64,000 bases of DNA from an uncultured virus (IMG/VR IMGVR_UViG_3300009008_000008). Taxonomy: Duplodnaviria; Heunggongvirae; Uroviricota; Caudoviricetes. The translations under genes and the position numbers were made by a program. The notes under the pieces are model-generated. The model was not told the origin of the DNA and ran no database searches. It saw only the letters and a program-made list of their open reading frames with translations. Of the stretch, positions 1 to 9,123 are shown one piece after another. Where the stretch lies: IMG/VR virus record IMGVR_UViG_3300009008_000008, positions 1 to 64,000 of that record. The stretch is one strand, 5' to 3'. The first letter of the stretch is position 1; every line of letters begins with the position of its first letter.

Positions 1-76
1 GGTAGTAAAGGTAGTATCCGTATGGCTGAACAATGTAAGACTTTCCCACCCACAACAACAAGAGAGGAAAGAGTAG

Positions 77-472
77 ATGAGTGCGTTGAATGCAATTTAT
101 GAAACCGTTGGCGACCTTCAGGATGACCTGTTACAAGCTGCGTTGGTCCAAAACAATCTGACCTTAGTCAAGGAGATTGGTCGGAAGGCTGACCTGGACC
201 AAGGGTTGGAGTGGAAGGATGTGGCAGGCATCTTGGGGAAGTTGGTCCCTGAATTGATGGATGTGGCCACCACTTTCAAAGAACTGGAAGGACAAGCCAA
301 GAGAGAGTTCGTTGTGGACTGTCTGTGGGTCTTGTATAAGACCATAGACCCTAACATCCCTTGGATTCCAGAGCCAATGGAAACTAAGCTCGAACGATTG
401 GTAGTTACTCGCCTGGGTGAGGCAGCCGTGGAGGCCGCCTACACCCTTGGTAAGATGGTGGGACGGTTCTGA
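77..472 (+). CDS. hypothetical protein (131 aa, helical)
   Basis: ORF with AGAGGA SD upstream, followed by a terminator. Confidence 0.75.
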   Translation: MSALNAIYETVGDLQDDLLQAALVQNNLTLVKEIGRKADLDQGLEWKDVAGILGKLVPELMDVATTFKELEGQAKREFVVDCLWVLYKTIDPNIPWIPEPMETKLERLVVTRLGEAAVEAAYTLGKMVGRF

Positions 473-509
473 CTCCTTGCTTTCTACCCCCTGATGGTTC
501 GACTATTCT

Positions 510-536
510 TGGGGACCTTTGCGGTCCCCACTTTTG
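510..536 (+). terminator. intrinsic terminator
   Basis: TGGGGACC-TTTGC-GGTCCCCA stem-loop followed by CTTTTG. Confidence 0.7.
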
Positions 537-547
537 CGTCCAGATGC

Positions 548-576
548 TTGACAAATCCATTCAGATGTGGTATACT
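548..576 (+). promoter_or_regulatory. sigma70-type early promoter
   Basis: TTGACA (548-553), 17-nt spacer, TATACT (571-576) preceded by TGn extended -10. Confidence 0.85.
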
Positions 577-628
577 ATAAGTATAGGGTGCGTATTGGGC
601 GCGCTCTACACAGAACTAACCAAACCCG

Positions 629-1597
629 ATGGAGGGTAATATGAACAAGAACAACAAAGACAAAGACCGAATCCTGCTGTTTGATCTCTTATGTAGTACA
701 CAATTAAAGTTCGGTAAGCTTTTGAAGAAACAAGAGCGTGATGTAGACCTGGACCTAGGTAACACATTGAGACAGTGCGCCTTGTTTGACGTTGACTCCA
801 CCTTCCCTGGGAAGTTTGATGAGAACACCCAACAGATGTTAGAAGAAGTAGTACTACCCTTCCCAGTTACAGGTGTACAGTTCGATGTGGACAACAAGCC
901 GTTGGTACTCTTACGTGATACCGAAGTAGATGCCAAAGGCTTCAACACCACCAGGCTTCATATAGAGATAGGTCCCATGCAAGACGATGGCTTACCTTTC
1001 CGTCAACAGGGCCTCACAATCTATTATCTGGCCCTATCAAAGGTACTTACAAGTTTGAATCTAAAAGAGGACGAAGTTAGTATAAATGTACTATACCTAT
1101 CAGAGTACGTTATAGGGGCCAAGGGTACCACGGCTAAAGCTCTCGACCGCCCTACTTTTTACAACGCAGATGGAACGGTGGATCATATGGATCCTGATAG
1201 TGTGTGGTCTGTCAAAAGTTCGATAGTAAAGACAATGGGGACTATTGCTAGGATCGGAGATATGAGGCGTTTTATTGTGGAGTCAGAGGTTAGTGCTAAG
1301 CCGTTGTCCTATCGACGTAGACCCGCTGCGAAATTCGGGCAAAAGAAGGTCTTCCGCAGCCTTACCCTACCAGAAGTACACACGTTAGGTTTGGGTCAAC
1401 AGAAAGATCAGAACCCTGACACCCCGTCAAAACAACGGACAATTGCCCCTCACCCAAGGCGTCGTCATAAACGTGTACTTCGTAGTCCTAGGTGGGGTAA
1501 ACGACAAGGTGAGGTGATTGATGTAAAGGCTTGCTGGGTGGGACCTACTGAAATCAAGGACCGTCATGTCATCCACAAGGTAAGGATTGACTTGTAA
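629..1597 (+). CDS. hypothetical early protein with C-terminal basic PHPRRRHKR...CWVG motif
   Basis: 322-aa ORF directly downstream of a consensus promoter; the H-x-RR-x-H-x-R tail recurs in uncharacterised phage proteins. Confidence 0.75.
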   Translation: MEGNMNKNNKDKDRILLFDLLCSTQLKFGKLLKKQERDVDLDLGNTLRQCALFDVDSTFPGKFDENTQQMLEEVVLPFPVTGVQFDVDNKPLVLLRDTEVDAKGFNTTRLHIEIGPMQDDGLPFRQQGLTIYYLALSKVLTSLNLKEDEVSINVLYLSEYVIGAKGTTAKALDRPTFYNADGTVDHMDPDSVWSVKSSIVKTMGTIARIGDMRRFIVESEVSAKPLSYRRRPAAKFGQKKVFRSLTLPEVHTLGLGQQKDQNPDTPSKQRTIAPHPRRRHKRVLRSPRWGKRQGEVIDVKACWVGPTEIKDRHVIHKVRIDL

Positions 1598-1705
1598 ATA
1601 GGTATAAAGCCATCAGACCTATTTGTGTGCTCGGACTTAGCCTGCCTCCTACTGGCTAAGAGGCTAATTTTGGTCAATGACCACCAACACTAAAGGGAAG
1701 AGGGG

Positions 1706-2332
1706 ATGAGCAGAAGCGGCAAATTTGATAAGATCAAGATTAGTCTTCAGGAATGGCTTCGCGGCCAAACATTCACCCGTGCCCTTGAGGCTCTGGAGTG
1801 TGGGCTATCCTTCCACACAGGTACACGCAAGGACGGCCACACTCCAGAGTTCAGCCATCAGCTAGAGATTGCTCACTATATAAGAACCTTACCTCTTGGG
1901 GAGAACCTGGAAAACTGCTTGATTGTGGCGTTCCTACATGATGTTGTTGAAGACCACTACACAACCTTGGATGCGCTGGAAGCCAGGTTCGGACCCTTCA
2001 TTCGAGAATGTGTGGATGTCCTTACCAAACAGGGTCGATGGACGGACAAAGCTAGGCGAGAGTATTACAGGAGGCTAGGCACCAATTGTGTGTCCTCTGT
2101 GGTTAAAGGCGTGGATCGTATGCACAACGTCCAGTCTATGCAACATGTGTTTACCGTCAATAAGCAACAGAGGTACCTCCGGGAAGTGGAGAGGTGGGTG
2201 CTTCCAATGCTAAGACAAGCACACAAAGCCTACCCTTCTCAAGAAGCAGCCTACGAGAACATCATGTTTGTTCTGCAAGGTCAAATTGATCTCATCCGTC
2301 ACATACATGTAGCCCAAGCCAAAGCTCGCTAG
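1706..2332 (+). CDS. HD-domain protein, RelA/SpoT hydrolase-like (small alarmone hydrolase/Mesh1-like)
   Basis: RKDGHTPEFSH, AFLHDVVED and VKGVDRMHN motifs of SpoT-type HD domains. Confidence 0.85.
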   Translation: MSRSGKFDKIKISLQEWLRGQTFTRALEALECGLSFHTGTRKDGHTPEFSHQLEIAHYIRTLPLGENLENCLIVAFLHDVVEDHYTTLDALEARFGPFIRECVDVLTKQGRWTDKARREYYRRLGTNCVSSVVKGVDRMHNVQSMQHVFTVNKQQRYLREVERWVLPMLRQAHKAYPSQEAAYENIMFVLQGQIDLIRHIHVAQAKAR

Positions 2333-2377
2333 GCACCATACTCCTGGCTCTTGTAAATATAGCTGAAGGAGGACCAA

Positions 2378-2533
2378 ATGAATATAAACCGATTTTTCTG
2401 TTGGATTGGGTGGCACGAATGGAAGTACCAGTATCAAGTAGGCCCAGAACCAGCCGACCGTCAATGTTTGCGGTGTGGGCGGTTCCAATACTTTGACGAC
2501 TTTGACGACACTTACAAGGACTACACGACATGA
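2378..2533 (+). CDS. small Cys/His putative Zn-binding protein (51 aa; not in ORF track)
   Basis: GAAGGAGG SD; MNINRFFCWIGWHEW...RQCLRCG pattern. Confidence 0.65.
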   Translation: MNINRFFCWIGWHEWKYQYQVGPEPADRQCLRCGRFQYFDDFDDTYKDYTT

Positions 2534-2644
2534 CCATTACTGAATTTATCCAGTACCTGAACCGTGAATTCCGTGAAGGCGCGGGCAAGACCCTGATAAA
2601 CAGGTAGGACATGCCCCGGAACCAGATTCCACGGGCTTTGTTTG

Positions 2645-2653
2645 TGATATAAT
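2645..2653 (+). promoter_or_regulatory. extended -10 promoter
   Basis: TGaTATAAT in intergenic DNA upstream of 2729; no clear -35. Confidence 0.5.
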
Positions 2654-2728
2654 GCTTTACAGCCCTTTGTGGGTGTTGGTGGCCAAAGACCTAAGGGGTG
2701 CCCATCTTAGGAACCTGGCTCTTGAACA

Positions 2729-2923
2729 GTGTCCACCCAAACTACCATGAGGACCACTGTCCTGACCCTGGTGATAGGGTCAATCTTACTCAGCGCCTTC
2801 CATTGGTTAGTGCCTGAAACACCTATTACAGAGGTGGGGGTTGTTGTAACCCCGATTGCCGTAGCCCTGGCTTGGGCCATAAACCATTACTGGAACCAAT
2901 ATGACAAAGATAACCCACATTAA
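2729..2923 (+). CDS. small two-TM membrane protein
   Basis: two hydrophobic segments in 64 aa. Confidence 0.55.
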   Translation: MSTQTTMRTTVLTLVIGSILLSAFHWLVPETPITEVGVVVTPIAVALAWAINHYWNQYDKDNPH

Positions 2924-2948
2924 CATAACTGTTCATTGAGAGGTTGCC

Positions 2949-3794
2949 ATGACTACCTGGTGGAAAGTTGGTGTAATTTTGATGGTAATGATGTTCGTGG
3001 TGGTGGCCTGTATGTCTGCTGTGGACATGAGACGGACAGTTCCCGTGATGGCCCCTCCCGACCATCCTCCCCAAACGGCTCCTATTGGAGGTGGCCAAGG
3101 TGGAGCCGGGACTCCTGGGGCTTGGCCAGAAGAAGCCATGGAAGGAGAGGCAAGCCCTGAGTACGAACCACCGCCCAGCATGGAAGACCAAGGTTACTCG
3201 CCGCCAAATCATCACGTATGGAGTTACTTAAAGGCTTATGATTCCGAGCCTGCAGGGTACGCCATGTACACTTATGTCCTGGCCGCCCGTAAAGTAATAG
3301 AGGGCCAGCCTGCCCAGGTGCGGTTACAGGCTCTTGTCGAAGCAGTACAGGCATCCACTACTAGCGACGAAATGTCCCGAATAGCTTTGGACCATGCAAA
3401 TCTTTTTCTAATACCAGGAGGCGATTACTACCACTATGATCTTTCTTTGTTAGTGTTACAACAATTCCGCATTACGATGAGTTCCCTTGGTAAAAAGCTG
3501 GATCGAGCCGGTCCTTACTTGGTGTCGGTCATCTACCCAGCATCCCATGTAGTTGAGCAGACCCTCATGCGGAGACCTGTGGAGACGCCCATCCTGATTG
3601 CGGACCTGTCCAACACTAGTCCCGCTGTTATGCGAGACCTTGTAAGGATGTATAAGTCTCGACTCAGCGGACCAATGTTAACCCAACCTGTAAATGAATT
3701 TAAGAGTTTGAGGCTTCAACTAGCCTCTATACTGACCACCGCCGATGACTACCTGTTATTGATCGGCAAGCACCTGAAGGAGATAAAGGGATGA
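2949..3794 (+). CDS. membrane-anchored hypothetical protein with Pro/Gly-rich linker
   Basis: GAGAGG SD; N-terminal hydrophobic helix, linker, globular C-domain. Confidence 0.7.
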   Translation: MTTWWKVGVILMVMMFVVVACMSAVDMRRTVPVMAPPDHPPQTAPIGGGQGGAGTPGAWPEEAMEGEASPEYEPPPSMEDQGYSPPNHHVWSYLKAYDSEPAGYAMYTYVLAARKVIEGQPAQVRLQALVEAVQASTTSDEMSRIALDHANLFLIPGGDYYHYDLSLLVLQQFRITMSSLGKKLDRAGPYLVSVIYPASHVVEQTLMRRPVETPILIADLSNTSPAVMRDLVRMYKSRLSGPMLTQPVNEFKSLRLQLASILTTADDYLLLIGKHLKEIKG

Positions 3795-4213
3795 AGATCC
3801 TGAAGTTTGAAGAGGTAACGGACGAAATGATGCCTGACCTGGACCACCTGGAAGCCATCCATTTGGTGGCTTTTGACATGGGGTACCTAATGGGTAACAT
3901 GTTGGAAGACCAAGGGTTGTTGTTGCAGGCCGAAGGAACCTACGACAAGGAACAGGGTATCTTTTCTATCAAGGAACCCTTTGTCTTCTGCCACTCCATG
4001 TTCCAACCACTTGATGGGGCCAAGGTTCACGATGGTGTGATACGACTGGCTTTCCAAGGGACCTATGCTTGGGGTTGGAAACTTACCTTCGAAGATAACG
4101 CCGAGGCGATCCTGGTTCACAACGATGGACCACGAAAGCAGGCGTTCAACCATAAAACCGGATACGTTACGGTGGCTCCTGATGATACCAACTTTCGATC
4201 AACCGTTCATTGA
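3791..4213 (+). CDS. hypothetical protein
   Basis: ATGA overlap with the upstream gene. Confidence 0.7.
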   Translation: MKILKFEEVTDEMMPDLDHLEAIHLVAFDMGYLMGNMLEDQGLLLQAEGTYDKEQGIFSIKEPFVFCHSMFQPLDGAKVHDGVIRLAFQGTYAWGWKLTFEDNAEAILVHNDGPRKQAFNHKTGYVTVAPDDTNFRSTVH

Positions 4214-4784
4214 TCAACACGGGTGGGTGGCAGGTGTTGATGAAGCCGGTCGTGGTCCATGGGCTGGTCCTATCGTGGTAGCGGTAGCCGATATAGGAGG
4301 TCAACAGTTTACGGGCCTGGACGATTCCAAAAAACTTAAAGAACACCAACGCGAGCGCCTATATGAGGAGCTAGGTCGCAAGAAGGATGTTCGGTGGGCT
4401 TGGGCTCAGGTATCAGCCCGACGTATTGACAAGATAGGCATCGACCCTGCCACCCGTAGGGCCTTAAAAGAGGCTTACCAAGATTTCCGGCCACCTTTCC
4501 TTATGATTGATGAGATGTCTATCGACGTGCCAGCACCTCATCAATTCTTCATTAAAGGGGATACTCAAAGCCCATCCATTGCAGCCGCTTCTATTGTAGC
4601 CAAAGTGGTGCGTGACAGGATGATGCTGGAACTGCACAAAGAATTCCCACAATATGGGTTTGACCGACACAAAGGGTACGGGACCGAACTCCATCGGAAA
4701 ATGATTGTGAAGCATGGACTCTGTAGAGCCCACCGGAGGTCCTACAAACCCATTAAACGGTATCTGGGTGGGTTTACACCCTGA
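4182..4784 (+). CDS. rnhB: ribonuclease HII
   Basis: GVDEAGRGPWAGP, LDDSKKL, KGD..SPSIAAASIVAKV.RD, HKGYGT, HRRSY; start placed at ATG 4182. Confidence 0.95.
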   Translation: MIPTFDQPFIDQHGWVAGVDEAGRGPWAGPIVVAVADIGGQQFTGLDDSKKLKEHQRERLYEELGRKKDVRWAWAQVSARRIDKIGIDPATRRALKEAYQDFRPPFLMIDEMSIDVPAPHQFFIKGDTQSPSIAAASIVAKVVRDRMMLELHKEFPQYGFDRHKGYGTELHRKMIVKHGLCRAHRRSYKPIKRYLGGFTP

Positions 4785-4832
4785 CCAACTAGGACCTCCC
4801 GTAGGTCCTTACACAGCAAGGAGCCGAATAAA

Positions 4833-5804
4833 ATGTTACGAGAAGCCATTGACCGCCTCGACGATCAGATTTCATCCATTGGGTTTGGTGGAGATTTCTC
4901 TCCCGTCTGCCACCAACTCGCCCAGTTGGTTACACAGGTGTGGCCTGAACGAGATAACGTTCCTCGGGACCAACTCCAAGACCTTTCTGGCCTTTGCCTG
5001 GAAATGTTGGATCGAGGTGCCGTCAAGATCTCGGAACCAGACCCCAGCGGGCACAAACATGACAACGGGATACCATCCTACGTCATCAATGATTGGCCCA
5101 AGCTTGGTATCTTGATGTGGTTCAAGAGCCATGACATGGAGGTGATGCGCACCAAGTCTACTTCGGGACCCGGTATGCAGGCGATCGACCAGATTGCCTA
5201 CGACAAAGTACCACTCAAAACCAGTCGGTGGGGTAAACAGGATTTTGAAGCCCATGGCTTCCGCGTGGTTCCCGGAGGTGTTATCCGTTACGGAGCCTAT
5301 ATAGCACCCAACGTTATCCTGATGCCGTCTTTTATTAACCTGGGGGCCTACGTTGACAGCGGTACCATGATTGATACCTGGGCCACTGTCGGGTCCTGCG
5401 CTCAGGTCGGGAAGAACTGCCACATTAGTGGTGGTGCCGGTCTTGGAGGGGTACTGGAGCCCATTAACGCACGTCCTGTTATTGTTGAGGACGATTGCTT
5501 TATCGGTGCCCGGTCAGAGGTTGCGGAAGGGGTGGTGGTCGGCCGTGGATCGGTGTTGAGTATGGGTGTCTATATTGGCGCCTCCACGCCGATCCTGAAC
5601 CGTAAGACGGGCGAGATCACTACTGGTTATGTGCCACCCTACTCGGTGGTGATTCCAGGGGCTCTACACAAAGGCCAATGTGGGCCCTCCGAAACGATGC
5701 GTGGCCTTTATATTGATTACTCTACCTATGCCGCAGTTATCGTCAAGACCGTAGACGAAAAGACACGGGCATGTACTAGTATCAACGACCTACTGAGGGA
5801 CTAA
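4833..5804 (+). CDS. dapD: tetrahydrodipicolinate N-succinyltransferase
   Basis: DKVP, LMPSFINLGAYVDSGTMIDTWATVGSCAQVGKNCHISGG..GGVLEP, C-terminal SINDLLRD. Confidence 0.95.
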   Translation: MLREAIDRLDDQISSIGFGGDFSPVCHQLAQLVTQVWPERDNVPRDQLQDLSGLCLEMLDRGAVKISEPDPSGHKHDNGIPSYVINDWPKLGILMWFKSHDMEVMRTKSTSGPGMQAIDQIAYDKVPLKTSRWGKQDFEAHGFRVVPGGVIRYGAYIAPNVILMPSFINLGAYVDSGTMIDTWATVGSCAQVGKNCHISGGAGLGGVLEPINARPVIVEDDCFIGARSEVAEGVVVGRGSVLSMGVYIGASTPILNRKTGEITTGYVPPYSVVIPGALHKGQCGPSETMRGLYIDYSTYAAVIVKTVDEKTRACTSINDLLRD

Positions 5805-5806
5805 TC

Positions 5807-6019
5807 ATGACCACACAAGAAGACCTGAACAACCGATTTACCTACCATCCACCCAAGCCAGGGCAGGCGGATCGTTATGTCAAGATTCGAGACACTGCCC
5901 ACGAATTTGCCTCCTTGCTCAACGACGAATGCCCAGATAGCCGGGAGAAGTCGGTGGCTTTCACCAAGTTGGAGGAGGCCGTTATGTGGGCTAACGCCTC
6001 GATCGCGAGGAACGAGTAA
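5807..6019 (+). CDS. Acb2/Tad1-family nucleotide-signal sponge (anti-defence) candidate
   Basis: 70 aa; FTYHPP...CPDSREKSVAFTKLEEAVMWANASIAR helical-hairpin signature. Confidence 0.75.
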   Translation: MTTQEDLNNRFTYHPPKPGQADRYVKIRDTAHEFASLLNDECPDSREKSVAFTKLEEAVMWANASIARNE

Positions 6020-6375
6020 TGTCCAAGACCTTGACCAAAGCCGCCTTGACCTACATCGGGGAAGCCATTCGAGCCACCATGCAGAGCATGGGTGCCTTCA
6101 TTGGTGACGACGTAGGCTACCAGCGGTTCAAACAAACAGCCGTCCAGCACTTGGGGACCACTGCCCGCTTACCTCAGAATTGGGGCTGGCGTGTATCTAT
6201 CCCTGAGGACCTTAATACGCCAGAGGTCAAGGACAAACATGAAATGTGGGTCCTTGTCCGCATCACCACCGACGATGGAGTAGTTCATCCTGTCCGAGTA
6301 CATGTGGCACCTCGCTATGGGGACGTACTCGGAATCAACCCTGTTATTCAAGTCAAGTACACACCAAAGGAGTAA
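6019..6375 (+). CDS. hypothetical protein
   Basis: TAATG coupling; AGGAG-like SD. Confidence 0.7.
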   Translation: MSKTLTKAALTYIGEAIRATMQSMGAFIGDDVGYQRFKQTAVQHLGTTARLPQNWGWRVSIPEDLNTPEVKDKHEMWVLVRITTDDGVVHPVRVHVAPRYGDVLGINPVIQVKYTPKE

Positions 6376-6379
6376 ACAC

Positions 6380-6580
6380 ATGGCCCTCGTAGCAGTCGTA
6401 GTAAAATACAACAAAGAAGGCGCTCTCAGCGGTCCGCATAAGGAACGCCTGGCCTACCTACAAGGTCAGGTTTTGCCGGGCCCGAATGGCGAACCCCCGA
6501 CAAGCCAGGACCTACATGTACATGTCCACAACCACCGAACCGACACTCTGGATTCTGAACTCAAGGAGGCCTCCCTATGA
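6380..6580 (+). CDS. hypothetical protein
   Basis: AAGGAG SD before ATG 6380; stop overlaps the next ATG. Confidence 0.6.
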   Translation: MALVAVVVKYNKEGALSGPHKERLAYLQGQVLPGPNGEPPTSQDLHVHVHNHRTDTLDSELKEASL

Positions 6581-7080
6581 CCATCAAACGTGTACCGCTT
6601 TTAACCCGCTCCGGTTACGGTTTGTGGAGTGCTTTCGTTAACCTGTTATACTGGGGGTTCAACTTCTACCGGTTACCAGGAGCCCTCAAGGAGCTCAAGC
6701 ACATCGATTCACGTGTGACCGGTCCGCGGGCTACCACAAACATTGAAGCCTATATGCGGGGCTTCCAGTGGACGGAAGACAAACCCACCGATTGGAAGCC
6801 CTGGGTTATCACGATCTTGGCCCGCAAGTTGAAGGATGACTGTGATGGCGCCGCCACTTTGGGTAAATACCTGTTCGACCAAGGTGGGCGTCCTGCGAGC
6901 CTGTTTTTGTTGAAAGGGCCTGACGGCAACCACATGGTGGCGGTCACAGATGACAGTAACTTTATGGTGTCGAACGCCAATGTGGTAAAGTTACACGACG
7001 TAATTGGTCCATACCAAGAGCCCTATCAGAAGGTCCTTGGCTACCACAATGGCCAATACACTTCCATCCAAAAGTGGTAA
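6577..7080 (+). CDS. putative transglutaminase-like cysteine-protease-fold protein
   Basis: DDCDGAA plus downstream HMVAV resemble a Cys-His catalytic pair. Confidence 0.45.
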   Translation: MTIKRVPLLTRSGYGLWSAFVNLLYWGFNFYRLPGALKELKHIDSRVTGPRATTNIEAYMRGFQWTEDKPTDWKPWVITILARKLKDDCDGAATLGKYLFDQGGRPASLFLLKGPDGNHMVAVTDDSNFMVSNANVVKLHDVIGPYQEPYQKVLGYHNGQYTSIQKW

Positions 7081-7093
7081 GAGGGAGGCAGTG

Positions 7094-7615
7094 ATGACCC
7101 TTGGTCACCCGAGAATCATGGTTTTTATTGACGGGTCCAATTTCCATTCTACTTTAAAGGCTCTTAACCTAGACATCTGTTACAAACGTTTACATGCGTA
7201 CTTGAGTGACCAAGGGGTCGTTCAACGCATCTACTATTATACCGCGTTGGATGAGGGTGATTACAATCCCCTTAAACCCTTGGTAGACTGGATGCACTAC
7301 AACGGTTATCACATTGTGTCCAAACCAGTAAAAACCTGGAAAGCCCCTAATGGTGACGTCCGCCGTAAGGGTAACATGGATGTGGAGATGGCTGTAGACA
7401 TGCAATCTTTCGCTGATAATTATGACACGGCTTTCCTGTTTACCGGGGATGGGGACTTTCGGTACCTGGTTGACAAACTACAACAACTAGGTAAGAAGGT
7501 AGTTGTTGTGTCTACCAAGAAAACGGACCCTCCAATAGCGGCGGACGAACTACGTCGCCAAGCCGATGAGTTCCGCGACCTGGTGGAAATTAAAGATAAC
7601 CTTGTCAAGAAATGA
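7094..7615 (+). CDS. NYN/LabA-DUF88 (PIN-like) domain protein
   Basis: FIDGSNF, KGNMDVEMAVD, TGDGDF, ADELRRQADEF; GGAGG SD. Confidence 0.92.
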   Translation: MTLGHPRIMVFIDGSNFHSTLKALNLDICYKRLHAYLSDQGVVQRIYYYTALDEGDYNPLKPLVDWMHYNGYHIVSKPVKTWKAPNGDVRRKGNMDVEMAVDMQSFADNYDTAFLFTGDGDFRYLVDKLQQLGKKVVVVSTKKTDPPIAADELRRQADEFRDLVEIKDNLVKK

Positions 7616-7781
7616 GGGCCCGAGATATAAGTGCCTTCATTGGTATACTGAGGGACCACTGGGACCTCTTTTGCCAGGACTGTAAATGGTTTAAGAGAGA
7701 CGCACAACATTCCTGCACTGGTTGGTGCACCAAATTTGACAAATTCGTAACCCTACACTGGGGTTGCCGAGGAGACTATAA

Positions 7782-8543
7782 ATGACACTATTATACAAGG
7801 GTAAAGCAAAGGAACTTCATACCGTGAAAGACGCGGGCTTGTTGCGGATGTTGTTCTGTGATGACACCAGTGCCTTTGATGGCAAAAAGACAGACCAGCT
7901 GGCAGGCAAAGGTCGGTTGAACGGCCTGTTCAACTGGCATATTATGCAGCTTCTGCGGAGTAACAACGTCCATACCTGCATGGTGGACAAGTTATCTGAC
8001 ACGGAATACCTGGTAGCCCAGCTGAAGATGTTTAAAGTAGAAGTCATCGTACGTAACGATGCGACCGGTTCTTTCTGTCGGCGTTACGGCTCAGAATTTG
8101 AGCTCACCCAGTTCGACCCTCCACTGGTAGAGTTCTGTTACAAGTCCGACGAACACGGTGACCCTTTGATCAACATGCCGGCCATTGTGGCCCTGGGCTT
8201 GGCGACCAAAGAAGAATTACTTACCATGCAAGACCTGGCCCTCCACATCAACAGTGTCCTCCGCCGTTTCTTTGGTCAACGAAAGCTGAACCTCGTCGAC
8301 TTCAAGTTGGAGTTTGGCACTACCACACACCCATACAAGGTACAAGGCGAGGACAGGGCTCCTGCTGGGTTTGGGTGGACAGAGGATGTATTGATGCTGG
8401 GTGACGAGTTCTCCCTTGACAGTTGCCGCCTGTGGACCAAAGAAGGCAGAGGCGAACGGTGGTGGCGGTGGATCCGTCACGACCTAGGGCCGGTCATTGA
8501 GGGTTACCAAGAGGCACTCGATGCTGTCACAGGAGGCCTATAA
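7782..8543 (+). CDS. purC: SAICAR synthetase
   Basis: LLYKGKAK, SAFDG, EVIVRN..TGS, KSDEHGDP, LVDFKLEFG, DEFSLDSCRLW. Confidence 0.92.
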   Translation: MTLLYKGKAKELHTVKDAGLLRMLFCDDTSAFDGKKTDQLAGKGRLNGLFNWHIMQLLRSNNVHTCMVDKLSDTEYLVAQLKMFKVEVIVRNDATGSFCRRYGSEFELTQFDPPLVEFCYKSDEHGDPLINMPAIVALGLATKEELLTMQDLALHINSVLRRFFGQRKLNLVDFKLEFGTTTHPYKVQGEDRAPAGFGWTEDVLMLGDEFSLDSCRLWTKEGRGERWWRWIRHDLGPVIEGYQEALDAVTGGL

Positions 8544-8932
8544 TGTTAGAAGCTCTAAACTGCCCTGCTTGTGGTGGCTATGCCATTACCTCCAACGACC
8601 TCGAGGGACAACGATTCTCGGTCCAAGTGATGTGTGATGATCCTGTGGACTGCGGGGTTGCGGGCCCTGTGGCTTATGACACGATACCTGCTGAGGAATC
8701 TGTGTCCAACAATATGCTGGACCACAAGTTGGAGCACGGGCACTGGCCTCAGAACATGACTCATGTCACCCAAGCCGCAATCGAACGGTGGAATAAGATG
8801 GTGGGCCAAGACAAGCAAGAAGTTATGGTCCTACGTCAGTATGGTAACAAAGATTGTACTATAATGGCGGATGAACACCTTACAAAGCTGAGGGATCAAG
8901 GTAACTATACTGACATGGAGGACAGGGCATGA
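8543..8932 (+). CDS. Lar-family (restriction alleviation-like) zinc-ribbon protein
   Basis: CPACGG...C....C..GP...AIERWN. Confidence 0.6.
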   Translation: MLEALNCPACGGYAITSNDLEGQRFSVQVMCDDPVDCGVAGPVAYDTIPAEESVSNNMLDHKLEHGHWPQNMTHVTQAAIERWNKMVGQDKQEVMVLRQYGNKDCTIMADEHLTKLRDQGNYTDMEDRA

Positions 8933-9123
8933 CGCGGGAAGAACTACAAAAAGCCGCCGACAACAAGGTTCCTGCCCAGGTAGGCTCTAAATCAGGTAGA
9001 GTCCATGCCTACGATATTGCAAGGGATCGGGTTGCTATCCAACTGGATGATGAACAAGACCTACACTGGGAACCTATTCGAAACGTCCTGGTGATTCGCG
9101 GTATCCTGAGAGTGGTGACATGA
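8929..9123 (+). CDS. hypothetical protein
   Basis: ATGA overlaps at both ends. Confidence 0.65.
   Translation: MTREELQKAADNKVPAQVGSKSGRVHAYDIARDRVAIQLDDEQDLHWEPIRNVLVIRGILRVVT

Noticed and set aside
7714..7733. NtrC-like TGCAC...GTGCA site and TTGGTGCACCAA palindrome upstream of purC
   Set aside because: Half-site spacing is one base short of the NtrC consensus and there is a single occurrence.
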